A stretch of 35,637 nucleotides of DNA from a virus (IMGVR_UViG_3300025168_000276:1-35637), one strand, 5' to 3'. Counted from the stretch's first letter, positions 1 through 6,886 are shown. Made by a program: numbers and translations. Notes: generated by a model not told the origin, from the letters alone.

Positions 1-299
1 ATGACTTGCGCCGTGATATCTTTCTGGCCCAAGCCGGCGCTATAAATCCCGGCCGGCGCTTCCGGCCAGTTACGCTTCAGCGCGACATGGTTTTGCTCGA
101 TCAGTTCTTTCACATGCGTCACCATTAAGACCCGCGTGTCGGACCAGTGTTCGAGTGCCGAGCGAATAAACTCGGCAATGACAACGGACTTACCCGTGCC
201 GGTTGGCATCACCACGATTGGGTTTCTGTCCACTGTCTGGAGAAAATGATTGTATAGACCCTTGATTGCGTCGGTCTGGTATTCGCGGTTTTCAAACAC
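1..299 (-). CDS. SF2 helicase (RadD/YejH-like), N-terminal part, runs off the left edge
   Basis: Not in the ORF track; my translation from GTG at 299 gives MFENREYQTDAIKGLY...NPIVVMPTGTGKSVVIA...RVLMVTHVKELIEQN...GIYSAGLG (Q motif, Walker A, motif Ia). The start overlaps the upstream stop. Confidence 0.9.
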   Translation of the reverse strand, partial: MFENREYQTDAIKGLYNHFLQTVDRNPIVVMPTGTGKSVVIAEFIRSALEHWSDTRVLMVTHVKELIEQNHVALKRNWPEAPAGIYSAGLGQKDITAQV

Positions 300-1218
300 C
301 ACCGTCCACCCACCTTTCTTTGTTTTTTAATTCGTAAACGACATTGATTCCTTCAATGTCCACTTGCTCGCCCGGCACCAGTTCGGGGATGTACCGGTGT
401 AGCTTGCCACCTTCGCAGCAAGTATCCGGCGTGATCTCGATCGGCTCGCCCTCACGCGAACAAGTCCACTTGCCATCCTCAACTGGAGTAGCGTGAAGGC
501 AAGTCCGACAGTTTCGTTCAGGCCACTGGCCCTCATAACAAAAGTCTCTGAAGTCGCACCAGTTGCAGGGCGATCCCTTAACCAGGCTATACGGCCTGTC
601 CGGCGGTGCTTGCATCTCGATCAAGCGCTTTGCTTTATTAAGAATGCGCTCGCCGGCTTTATGATTGCGTTTGACGATCTCGGTGTGAAGGTCGTCATTA
701 TCCTTGTTCTTCGCCATGTATAAGGCGGCCGGCAGATCGCCCAAGTGCATATAGCTCTGCATCTGGTCGTAATGTTCCGGCTTTGATTTCTCCACACCCT
801 CGCGCTGTAGCTTTCGGAAGCTCGCGGCGTTGTGGGTTTTGAATTCTACGAGATGCCATTCGGGCGACGGCAGCGGACCACCCTTTACGATCCCGTCCAT
901 CGATCCGCCAAAGTGGCCCGTGTCGTCGCGCACTTGCCATTGCCGGCCTGTGTCAGGATCAACATCGAGGACGGTACAGCCGATCCGGCGCAGATCAGCA
1001 ACCATGCGCGGCTCCTCATGGTCGCCGGTCCGAAACAGTCGAAGGGTCCGCCCCTCGAACCGCACTGTCAGCACATGCCGGAAGCTCAACCAAACTTGAC
1101 GTTCGCAAGGCCGGCCTATGCCAGAGGCGCCCATATGTTGGCGGCCTCCAGCATACTGATCCTCGGCATACGCATCGAAAATCATTTCCGGTATAGTTTT
1201 GCTAGGCAGCTTGGTCAA
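292..1218 (-). CDS. Cas4-like PD-(D/E)XK exonuclease with putative Fe-S cysteines
   Basis: GASGIGRPCER, GSMDG, LVEFKT, HYDQMQSYM, CNWCDFRDFC. The track ORF starts at 1290; TTG at 1218 after AGGGTG is a more plausible start. Confidence 0.85.
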   Translation of the reverse strand: MTKLPSKTIPEMIFDAYAEDQYAGGRQHMGASGIGRPCERQVWLSFRHVLTVRFEGRTLRLFRTGDHEEPRMVADLRRIGCTVLDVDPDTGRQWQVRDDTGHFGGSMDGIVKGGPLPSPEWHLVEFKTHNAASFRKLQREGVEKSKPEHYDQMQSYMHLGDLPAALYMAKNKDNDDLHTEIVKRNHKAGERILNKAKRLIEMQAPPDRPYSLVKGSPCNWCDFRDFCYEGQWPERNCRTCLHATPVEDGKWTCSREGEPIEITPDTCCEGGKLHRYIPELVPGEQVDIEGINVVYELKNKERWVDGGV

Positions 1219-1372
1219 AAGCTTCACCCTGATCTTGGTCGTCCAAATCGGCGCAAATATTGGCATACGCCGCAAAATTGCGCTCATCATCTAACGGATC
1301 GTCACCAGCAATTACCGCCGGTAGCGAATGCCGCCACTCATTCATAACAAATTGCCATTTTCGCTGATCCAT
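1202..1372 (-). CDS. Small acidic hypothetical protein (56 aa)
   Basis: ATG at 1372 overlaps the TAA of the upstream gene (TAATG coupling) and fills the gap in the operon. Confidence 0.65.
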   Translation of the reverse strand: MDQRKWQFVMNEWRHSLPAVIAGDDPLDDERNFAAYANICADLDDQDQGEAFDQAA

Positions 1373-1920
1373 TATGCGGCCCTCTGCCAAGGTGCAGACG
1401 GCTGCGCGGCAGCTTGCTCAATGGGGTCAGCAGCGGCCGGCGCAGCAACTGGCGTAGCAGCTTCCGGCGCCGGGGCCGGCGGCGTGAACTGTGCAGACGG
1501 TTTGTTCCGCACAGGCATATATTTGCTGACCTCGTTTGGATAGTCGGGGTTTTGAGTCAGCTTGACCCGCACCACCAGCCGGCCGCCGAGCATGTCGTTT
1601 GTGTCGGTAGAGCCCGGCTTGCCAATTGCTTGCAATAGGTCATGCAATTGCCGACGCCCAATTTGCTCTACGATTTGTTTTTTAGGGCCGGCGTTGATGA
1701 CGTTGATATTGTCGAACAATAGACGCCCGGTCACCTCGGTTCCGAGCCCGTCAGCCGCACCCTCGATTTCAAATCGTAGCGCAACCATGACGCCGCCTTT
1801 CGAGGTTTCCTTTATGTCGGACTCTTTAATGATGACCTTGTAATCGCCGCTCGGTATGGGCGGATACTCTTTCTTTTCTTCAATTTCTACGTCGAATGCT
1901 TCTTGTGGTAGCATAGCCAT
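1372..1920 (-). CDS. DUF669-like protein, putative ssDNA-binding protein
   Basis: PIPSGDYKVIIKESDIKETSKGG...LRFEI...GRLLFDNI...YPNEVSKY with a Pro/Ala-rich tail ending APW; sits directly after the Sak4-like ATPase. Confidence 0.8.
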   Translation of the reverse strand: MAMLPQEAFDVEIEEKKEYPPIPSGDYKVIIKESDIKETSKGGVMVALRFEIEGAADGLGTEVTGRLLFDNINVINAGPKKQIVEQIGRRQLHDLLQAIGKPGSTDTNDMLGGRLVVRVKLTQNPDYPNEVSKYMPVRNKPSAQFTPPAPAPEAATPVAAPAAADPIEQAAAQPSAPWQRAA

Positions 1921-2696
1921 TAGGCGGCCTCCTTCTGAGTTTCGGGTTTTGCAAAAAATTCTATGTAGTCAGCAACAGCGCTGAACTCCATCGGCAGCTC
2001 CAACGGCATGCCGTATCGGTTCTTAGCCAGGGCGGACGGCCGTTCCTGGCAATACAGAACGCGGTCGCCTTGACCTATTGCCCTAACCTTCTTTTTATTG
2101 AAGCCCTGATCGTTGCTGGTCGTCGCGACTTTATAGTTCGCGAACAGCACCGCGTCGGAATGCTCTTGCACGATTGCGTTAGCAGCTTTGTGCAGCTTGA
2201 TGTCATACCGGTCATATGATTCCGTCTCCGGATTATCAAACTTCTTTATCTGACTGTGAGCTGTTTGCACAATCGTCATACCCCGGTCGCGTAGATAAGT
2301 TATGGCGTCGATGTACTCGCGCCACAGTGCTAATGCCGATATGTAACCTTTGCCATAGCCGGGCTGTTCAATGTCGCTCCATTCATGGTTCTTACAGGTT
2401 TGCGCCCAGATCAGCGGCTCTAGCCAATCCAGACTATCGATGACGAGCGTCTCGAAGCTATGCTTCTCGGTGGCAAGTACGGTCAGCGCACCAACTACAT
2501 CACTGAACGTTGCCATCTCCTCTTTGGGAAACGAGTCTACTTTAATAGTGCCAAGACCATCTTCGGTACAGATCACCACGGGGCTTGGAAAGCTGGTTGC
2601 AAGAGTCGTTTTACCAATCCCGCTTACGCCATACGTCACCAGGATTGGCGACCTCGGCTTGCCCGATTTAACGAGCGTCTCTAATGAAATACTCAC
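1920..2696 (-). CDS. Phage P-loop ATPase (AAA_24/Sak4-like annealase)
   Basis: Walker A YGVSGIGKTT, Walker B LVIDSLDW, GYGKGY, C-terminal AKNRYG; AAGGAG RBS upstream. Confidence 0.88.
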   Translation of the reverse strand: MSISLETLVKSGKPRSPILVTYGVSGIGKTTLATSFPSPVVICTEDGLGTIKVDSFPKEEMATFSDVVGALTVLATEKHSFETLVIDSLDWLEPLIWAQTCKNHEWSDIEQPGYGKGYISALALWREYIDAITYLRDRGMTIVQTAHSQIKKFDNPETESYDRYDIKLHKAANAIVQEHSDAVLFANYKVATTSNDQGFNKKKVRAIGQGDRVLYCQERPSALAKNRYGMPLELPMEFSAVADYIEFFAKPETQKEAA

Positions 2697-2713
2697 TCTC
2701 TCACTCCTTCTTA

Positions 2714-2826
2714 ATTGACATTATCACAACTCCACGTATTGACATTACGGTTGAGATTGTGCTTCTGTCAATAAAATAATGCTGGTAAATGTGATTTACG
2801 CAATATAATGTGGACAATGTAACAAT
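2714..2826. promoter_or_regulatory. Divergent immunity region with multiple operator-like 17-mers
   Basis: ATTGACATTATCACAAC (2714-2730,+), ATTGACAGAAGCACAAT (2756-2772,-), GTGGACAATGTAACAAT (2810-2826,+). TATAAT at 2804-2809 faces the repressor; minus-strand TTGACA at 2771-2766 faces the ATPase operon. Confidence 0.75.
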
Positions 2827-2842
2827 GGTTGAGGAACACACG

Positions 2843-3436
2843 GTGAATAGCGATTGGTTCAGAGCGCAGCTGGCGAGCAGAGGCAGCAATCAGGCTGACT
2901 TAGCCCGGTTCCTTGGCCGCGATCCATCGGCGGTTTCGTTGATGTTAAAAGGCAAGCGACGCTTCCAGATGAAAGACGCGGAAGATATTGCGTCTTACTT
3001 ACAAGCGCCAGTCGAAGAAGTATTAAAGGCCGCCGGCATTCCGCTTGCAGAACAAAAAGCAGAGGCCGCCGTGCGCGTTAAAATTGTCGGCACCTGCAAT
3101 GGCGAAATGCTTGTGGACATGCGGCCTTCGACCGTTGCCATGATCGACGGTCATCGTGATCTAGGCCGTGATAGTGTTGCTATTAGGATGCAGACGCTTG
3201 GGTCCGCGGCGAGCTATATGGATGGCTGGGTGCTGTTCTTTAGCCCCTCGAACGCAATCGATCCCAGCATGGTCAATCAGATGTGCGTCATAGAACTCAC
3301 CACAGGCGACCGACGCATTGGTCAGCTGCAACGCGGCTACCAGAGCTACACATATAATGTCGTTTTGCTAGGCGGCGGAACCATTGAAGACATCGAAATA
3401 AAATCAGCAAACCCAATCACATGGATCAAAACATAG
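2843..3436 (+). CDS. CI-like repressor (XRE HTH plus degenerate S24-like C-terminal domain)
   Basis: NQADLARFLGRDPSAVSLMLKGKR is an XRE HTH; the gene is divergent from the lytic operon. GTG at 2843 follows GAGGA (2831-2835); the track start is 2810. Confidence 0.88.
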   Translation: MNSDWFRAQLASRGSNQADLARFLGRDPSAVSLMLKGKRRFQMKDAEDIASYLQAPVEEVLKAAGIPLAEQKAEAAVRVKIVGTCNGEMLVDMRPSTVAMIDGHRDLGRDSVAIRMQTLGSAASYMDGWVLFFSPSNAIDPSMVNQMCVIELTTGDRRIGQLQRGYQSYTYNVVLLGGGTIEDIEIKSANPITWIKT

Positions 3437-3489
3437 CTTTTTTTTACGACCCAACTGGACAAAAACGCAAGAATAGGAGTAAATTGACA

Positions 3490-3681
3490 ATGACGAAACA
3501 TCTTACACCGCAGGAATTATCTGACCGATGGGGTGGTGCGATAAAAATTACCACTCTGAGAAACTGGCGCAACACTGGACGAGGCCCGACCTTTATTAAG
3601 CTAGGCTCAAAAGCCGTATATCCAATCACCGCGGTGGAAGACTACGAAACCATAAACCTCATAGATAGAAAGGCAGCGTAA
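3490..3681 (+). CDS. Excisionase-like HTH protein
   Basis: HLTPQELSDRW...TLRNWRNTGRGPTFIKLGSKAVYP pattern of HTH_17/Xis-like proteins; AGGAG at 3475-3479; adjacent to the integrase. Confidence 0.85.
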   Translation: MTKHLTPQELSDRWGGAIKITTLRNWRNTGRGPTFIKLGSKAVYPITAVEDYETINLIDRKAA

Positions 3682-3682
3682 A

Positions 3683-3772
3683 ATGCGCGGTAAACAAGGA
3701 TACGGCATGAAGGGCGGCAAAAAAATGGCACCCAAAAAGCCCATGAAAAAACCTATGAAGAAGAAGAAGTAA
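3683..3772 (+). CDS. 29-aa Lys/Met-rich microprotein MRGKQGYGMKGGKKMAPKKPMKKPMKKKK
   Basis: My translation (below the track cut-off); ATG follows the xis stop after a 1-nt gap, with AAGG upstream; strongly biased composition. Confidence 0.65.
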   Translation: MRGKQGYGMKGGKKMAPKKPMKKPMKKKK

Positions 3773-4973
3773 TTTTGCGAACGAGAGCGGCCCAACCTTG
3801 TAGGGCCGTTTTCTTTTCTTCTAGGTATTCATAGCGATCGTAAACCCCAGTGACCTCACTGTCTGTGTGCCCTAAGACACGCGCCACGATAAAACGCTTT
3901 GACCTTTGATCGCCTTCCAGAACGCGGCCGCTAATGTTGGTCGCGGCAGTCCGGCGCAAATCGTGTGGCGTCCAGTGGGCGATATCCAACAAATCGCCAC
4001 GGGTGCGGATTTTATTATTCAGCGTATTCGGCAAAACGCTAGCGTCTTTCCGAGGCGAAATAAAATATTCCGGCCGCTCTGATCTACGAACAGAGCGCGA
4101 GTTAATCTCATCGACGCCATCAAGGATCGCCATCACCTGATTAGACAGAGGCACAAAATGAGCGTTGCCGCTTTTATGTACTTCCTTTGGAATCGTCCAA
4201 ATCCTGGTGTCAAAATCAATTTGATCTTTGCTGATCTGGCAGCACTCACCAGAGCGCTGCGCCGTCAGTAACAACAGTTGAAAAATATATTTGGTGGTGT
4301 CGCCCAAGTTGTTCGAGGCTACCGCAAATCCGTCGCTCTCTGTCCACTGCCAGAACGCCTTGATTTCTTTGTCGCTCAACACCCGATCGCGTTTGTTTTC
4401 GGGCGCCGGCTTTTTGAGAAGGTAACACGGCGATACTTCGATCAGACCCCGCTCGACCGCCCAGTTAAACATTCGTCGCGTCACCTCGAACGTGCGGTTT
4501 GCCACGACCGGTGACCGCTTGCGGACAGTATCTATGACCGTTGCTATATCCGCTCTTTTGATATCGGTCAGCAGCACGTTTTTAAATGCCGGCAAAAGAT
4601 CACGGTTAATCATTTGCTCGTCCTTACGCCAAGTCTTCTTGTTCACCTTGGCATATAGTTCAATATAATCATGTGCTAAATCACGGAACAATTTGGCTGC
4701 GATCCGCTCTTGCTTCGCTGCGGCTGGGTCTATCCCAGCTTGCACCTTGATGCGCATTTCCGCTGCTTTTATTCGAGCCACTGCAAGAGTCATAATAGGG
4801 TATTCGCCGATCTTTGGCCGGCGCTGTATCGTTCCGATCCTATAGACGAAATAAAAAGACCTTTTTCCACCAGCCCAATGACGATACTGTAGACCTTTCA
4901 CTTGATCATCGTACATCCCGTCGCCGGGTACGGACTCTTTTATTTGTTTATTGTTCATACTTTTCCAGGTCAC
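3753..4973 (-). CDS. int: Tyrosine integrase with N-terminal arm-binding domain (P4-like)
   Basis: DDQVKGL...KIGEYPIMTLAVAR arm domain; catalytic AQRSGE, HDLRRT, LGH, VY. Alternative ATG at 4958. Confidence 0.96.
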   Translation of the reverse strand: MTWKSMNNKQIKESVPGDGMYDDQVKGLQYRHWAGGKRSFYFVYRIGTIQRRPKIGEYPIMTLAVARIKAAEMRIKVQAGIDPAAAKQERIAAKLFRDLAHDYIELYAKVNKKTWRKDEQMINRDLLPAFKNVLLTDIKRADIATVIDTVRKRSPVVANRTFEVTRRMFNWAVERGLIEVSPCYLLKKPAPENKRDRVLSDKEIKAFWQWTESDGFAVASNNLGDTTKYIFQLLLLTAQRSGECCQISKDQIDFDTRIWTIPKEVHKSGNAHFVPLSNQVMAILDGVDEINSRSVRRSERPEYFISPRKDASVLPNTLNNKIRTRGDLLDIAHWTPHDLRRTAATNISGRVLEGDQRSKRFIVARVLGHTDSEVTGVYDRYEYLEEKKTALQGWAALVRKITSSSS

Positions 4974-5133
4974 AATCAGGTCACAAAAAACGGTGACGCA
5001 AAGTCTATTTAAAACTAATTTAGTGACAGTTCATTCCCTCACAATATATATAACCCACTTTAATACAATAGTTTATTGCACTTCAGTGTGAACCCGGTTA
5101 GATTAGGGTGATGAGCATTTCGCAAATTTATCC

Positions 5134-5180
5134 GGCTGTTAACCACCTTGTCGCAGGTTCGAGTCCTGCCCGCGGAGCCA
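5134..5180 (+). tRNA. 3' half only of tRNA-Asn(GTT), forming the attP common core; not a complete tRNA
   Basis: Anticodon loop CTGTTAA (5136-5142), T arm GCAGG-TTCGAGT-CCTGC, acceptor 3' strand CCGCGGA, G discriminator, CCA; no D arm or 5' acceptor strand upstream. Confidence 0.92.
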
Positions 5181-5188
5181 ATAAAATC

Positions 5189-5223
5189 AAGCACTTAGCG
5201 CGTAATGCGCTGAGTGCTTTTTT
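5189..5223 (+). terminator. Rho-independent terminator after the tRNA 3' end
   Basis: AAGCACTTAGCGCG-TAA-TGCGCTGAGTGCTT stem followed by a T run. Confidence 0.85.
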
Positions 5224-5267
5224 GTTCCAGGTCACACATAGGTCACACGGGCGTACCGGCTGGTGGG

Positions 5268-5296
5268 TTTACATTTGCTCATTTGAGCACTTTAAT
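5268..5296 (+). promoter_or_regulatory. Putative sigma70 promoter with a palindrome in the spacer
   Basis: TTTACA-N17-TTTAAT; TGCTCA-TT-TGAGCA at 5276-5289. Confidence 0.5.
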
Positions 5297-5320
5297 CTTA
5301 ACCCAATGGGGGAATGAAAA

Positions 5321-5971
5321 ATGTCAAAGCATAATACTTGGGACAATCAAGCACAGTACCTAGTTAGAAAAAAAAAGAGACTACTAAAAAAACGTTACGA
5401 TAACGCCAACAAGCTAAAAAGCACGCCAACCTTTGAGAACCTTGACTTGTCAAAGATGCCGGATTTAATGAGCATTATCAAAGCCAACCGCTGGCAGCTG
5501 CACGCAAAGGCCGCAGCGTTAAATTTGGCGGTTACTCAAAAGAGGTCTCATTCATTCAAACCAAACGATTTGCAACAATTTACGGGGCAATCAGATACCT
5601 ACCTCGCGATAAGTCGTGCCGCGTTAGTTGTCTACAGCACCGGAAATCCCATCACCGCAGCGGCATGCGCGAATATTGTTAGCGCTTTGGACATCCACAA
5701 AACAAGCGTTTACAGGTACTTGCGAGAGGCCGTTGACGCGGGTCTGTATAAAGAAACAGAAAACGAAGGCGGCGTGACGGCATATGAATTTACCCAAGAG
5801 TCGAGCGAGCAACAATTTGATAATCTACTAGAACTAATTTTTGACCCGGTAACGTTTGCCTATGTCCAAGCGCTGCACAGAATCTACGGTATGGTTCGCA
5901 TGCAGTCAGATAAATCTTATCGCAGCTTCGAGACCGCCATGGAAACTCTACTGACATTAGTCGATGATTAA
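5321..5971 (+). CDS. Accessory protein with a putative winged HTH
   Basis: 216-aa ORF with GGGGA RBS; segment PITAAACANIVSALDIHKTSVYRYLREAVDAGLYK...YEF resembles a wHTH; basic N-terminus. Confidence 0.7.
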   Translation: MSKHNTWDNQAQYLVRKKKRLLKKRYDNANKLKSTPTFENLDLSKMPDLMSIIKANRWQLHAKAAALNLAVTQKRSHSFKPNDLQQFTGQSDTYLAISRAALVVYSTGNPITAAACANIVSALDIHKTSVYRYLREAVDAGLYKETENEGGVTAYEFTQESSEQQFDNLLELIFDPVTFAYVQALHRIYGMVRMQSDKSYRSFETAMETLLTLVDD

Positions 5972-6008
5972 AAAATAAATAGAAAAAATAGTCTGCCAAC
6001 ACAAAATC

Positions 6009-6054
6009 GTGCGCTGTCGCCACACATACTGTAGTGACAGCGCACTCTTTTTTT
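6009..6054 (+). terminator. Rho-independent terminator
   Basis: GTGCGCTGTCGCCACA-CATAC-TGTAGTGACAGCGCAC stem, then TCTTTTTTT. Confidence 0.75.
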
Positions 6055-6105
6055 GCTGTTAAAAAACGCAAATGTATATTTTTCAGTTAGTTGCATTTTT
6101 TATGA

Positions 6106-6121
6106 TAACAAAAACAGAACA
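6106..6121 (+). promoter_or_regulatory. Near-consensus alphaproteobacterial LexA (SOS) box
   Basis: TAAC-AAAAACA-GAAC-A versus GAAC-N7-GAAC (one mismatch); TTGCAT at 6091-6096 upstream. Confidence 0.45.
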
Positions 6122-6125
6122 AATT

Positions 6126-6188
6126 AGTGGTGCACGGATACAAAAAAGTGGTGAGCGGATACAAAATAGTAGTGACGCACTACTTCGA
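6126..6188 (+). repeat. Three tandem 21-bp units, the third diverged and palindromic
   Basis: AGTGGTGCACGGATACAAAAA / AGTGGTGAGCGGATACAAAAT / AGTAGTGACGCACTACTTCGA. Confidence 0.85.
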
Positions 6189-6218
6189 GCAAGCTGTTAG
6201 TTAACGTATATTTACAGA

Positions 6219-6593
6219 ATGGACAGCACCAAAAACACAAAGGTGATTGGCACGGCGACAGACTGCTTTTCAGTAACTCGCGTTCAGCGGTTATCGTCAC
6301 ACCTATACGTCAACTCTAACCAGGCTCCCGGCACTGTCGCAGTTTTGGGAACAGTGCCTGGCGGTCAATCGCCAGTCTTTTTTTTAGACCCTGCCGCAGA
6401 GTTAGCGCCAGAGTTGGCAATCGGCCAGTTTGGCTACATCAGGGCTCAAAATAATCAAATTTTTCTTGGTATTATTCAGATGACCAATGAGCCAGATAGC
6501 TTTGACATAACTGATCTCGCCGGCAACGAACAGATAAAGAATATTAAAGTGCGCTCAGTTACGCCAATCATGTCCGCTCAATTTGCCGCGTGA
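6219..6593 (+). CDS. Stand-alone paralog of the repressor C-terminal (S24-like) domain, lacking an HTH
   Basis: Collinear similarity by eye to the C-terminal half of 2843..3436 (KVIGT/KIVGT, TVAV/SVAI, FFLDP/LFFSP, LAGNEQIKNIKVRSVTPI/LGGGTIEDIEIKSANPI). Confidence 0.75.
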   Translation: MDSTKNTKVIGTATDCFSVTRVQRLSSHLYVNSNQAPGTVAVLGTVPGGQSPVFFLDPAAELAPELAIGQFGYIRAQNNQIFLGIIQMTNEPDSFDITDLAGNEQIKNIKVRSVTPIMSAQFAA

Positions 6594-6886
6594 TTTGTGA
6601 CATGCACATTGCCTGTCTCCAGGTCAACATAACAAAGCACAACATCTAGCATTTTTTGAATGTCCGAGCGCACCCTTGTTATGCGGCTTTTTTTGCTGCG
6701 GCCTGTGTTCACTCGGCTACTTTCCGCTTTGACATCAGCGAGTATAATATCACCGCCAGCATCAACGGCTATAAGGTCAACCGGCCCAAATCCCAATATC
6801 GGTTTAAACACATAATAGCCCTCCCGCAAAAAGTGCAGAGCCGCCAACTCCTCTGCCACAGCGCCGGCTTGATTTAGCTTGTTCAT
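6578..6886 (-). CDS. Small PD-(D/E)XK nuclease (resolvase-like)
   Basis: GAVAEELA...LREGYYVFKP...PVDLIA...ILADVK. Confidence 0.75.
   Translation of the reverse strand: MNKLNQAGAVAEELAALHFLREGYYVFKPILGFGPVDLIAVDAGGDIILADVKAESSRVNTGRSKKSRITRVRSDIQKMLDVVLCYVDLETGNVHVTNHAAN

Larger units (their letters stand above)
4963..5247. mobile_element. attP site: tRNA-derived core flanked by Int arm-type direct repeats, with an IHF-like site
   Basis: AGGTCACA pairs at 11-bp spacing on both sides (4967/4978 and 5229/5240); TTCCAGGTCACA shared at 4963 and 5225; AATCAAGCACTTA (5185-5197) fits WATCAANNNNTTR. Confidence 0.9.

Noticed and set aside
292-1290. Cas4-like gene as a sign of a CRISPR-Cas system
   Set aside because: No other cas genes and no repeat-spacer array; the context is a phage recombination operon.
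2701-2889. 62-aa minus-strand ORF as cro
   Set aside because: No HTH pattern; it overlaps the repressor start and runs through the operator region.
5009-5023. TTAA-N7-TTAG as a CtrA box upstream of int
   Set aside because: One mismatch in very AT-rich DNA, single copy; chance is likely.
5108-5317. 69-aa ORF or a complete tRNA gene at attP
   Set aside because: The ORF runs through the tRNA remnant, terminator and arm sites; the tRNA lacks its 5' half.
6126-6188. Mini-CRISPR array or type III antitoxin repeats
   Set aside because: Units are contiguous 21-mers with no spacers, and the downstream protein resembles the repressor CTD rather than ToxN-type RNases.
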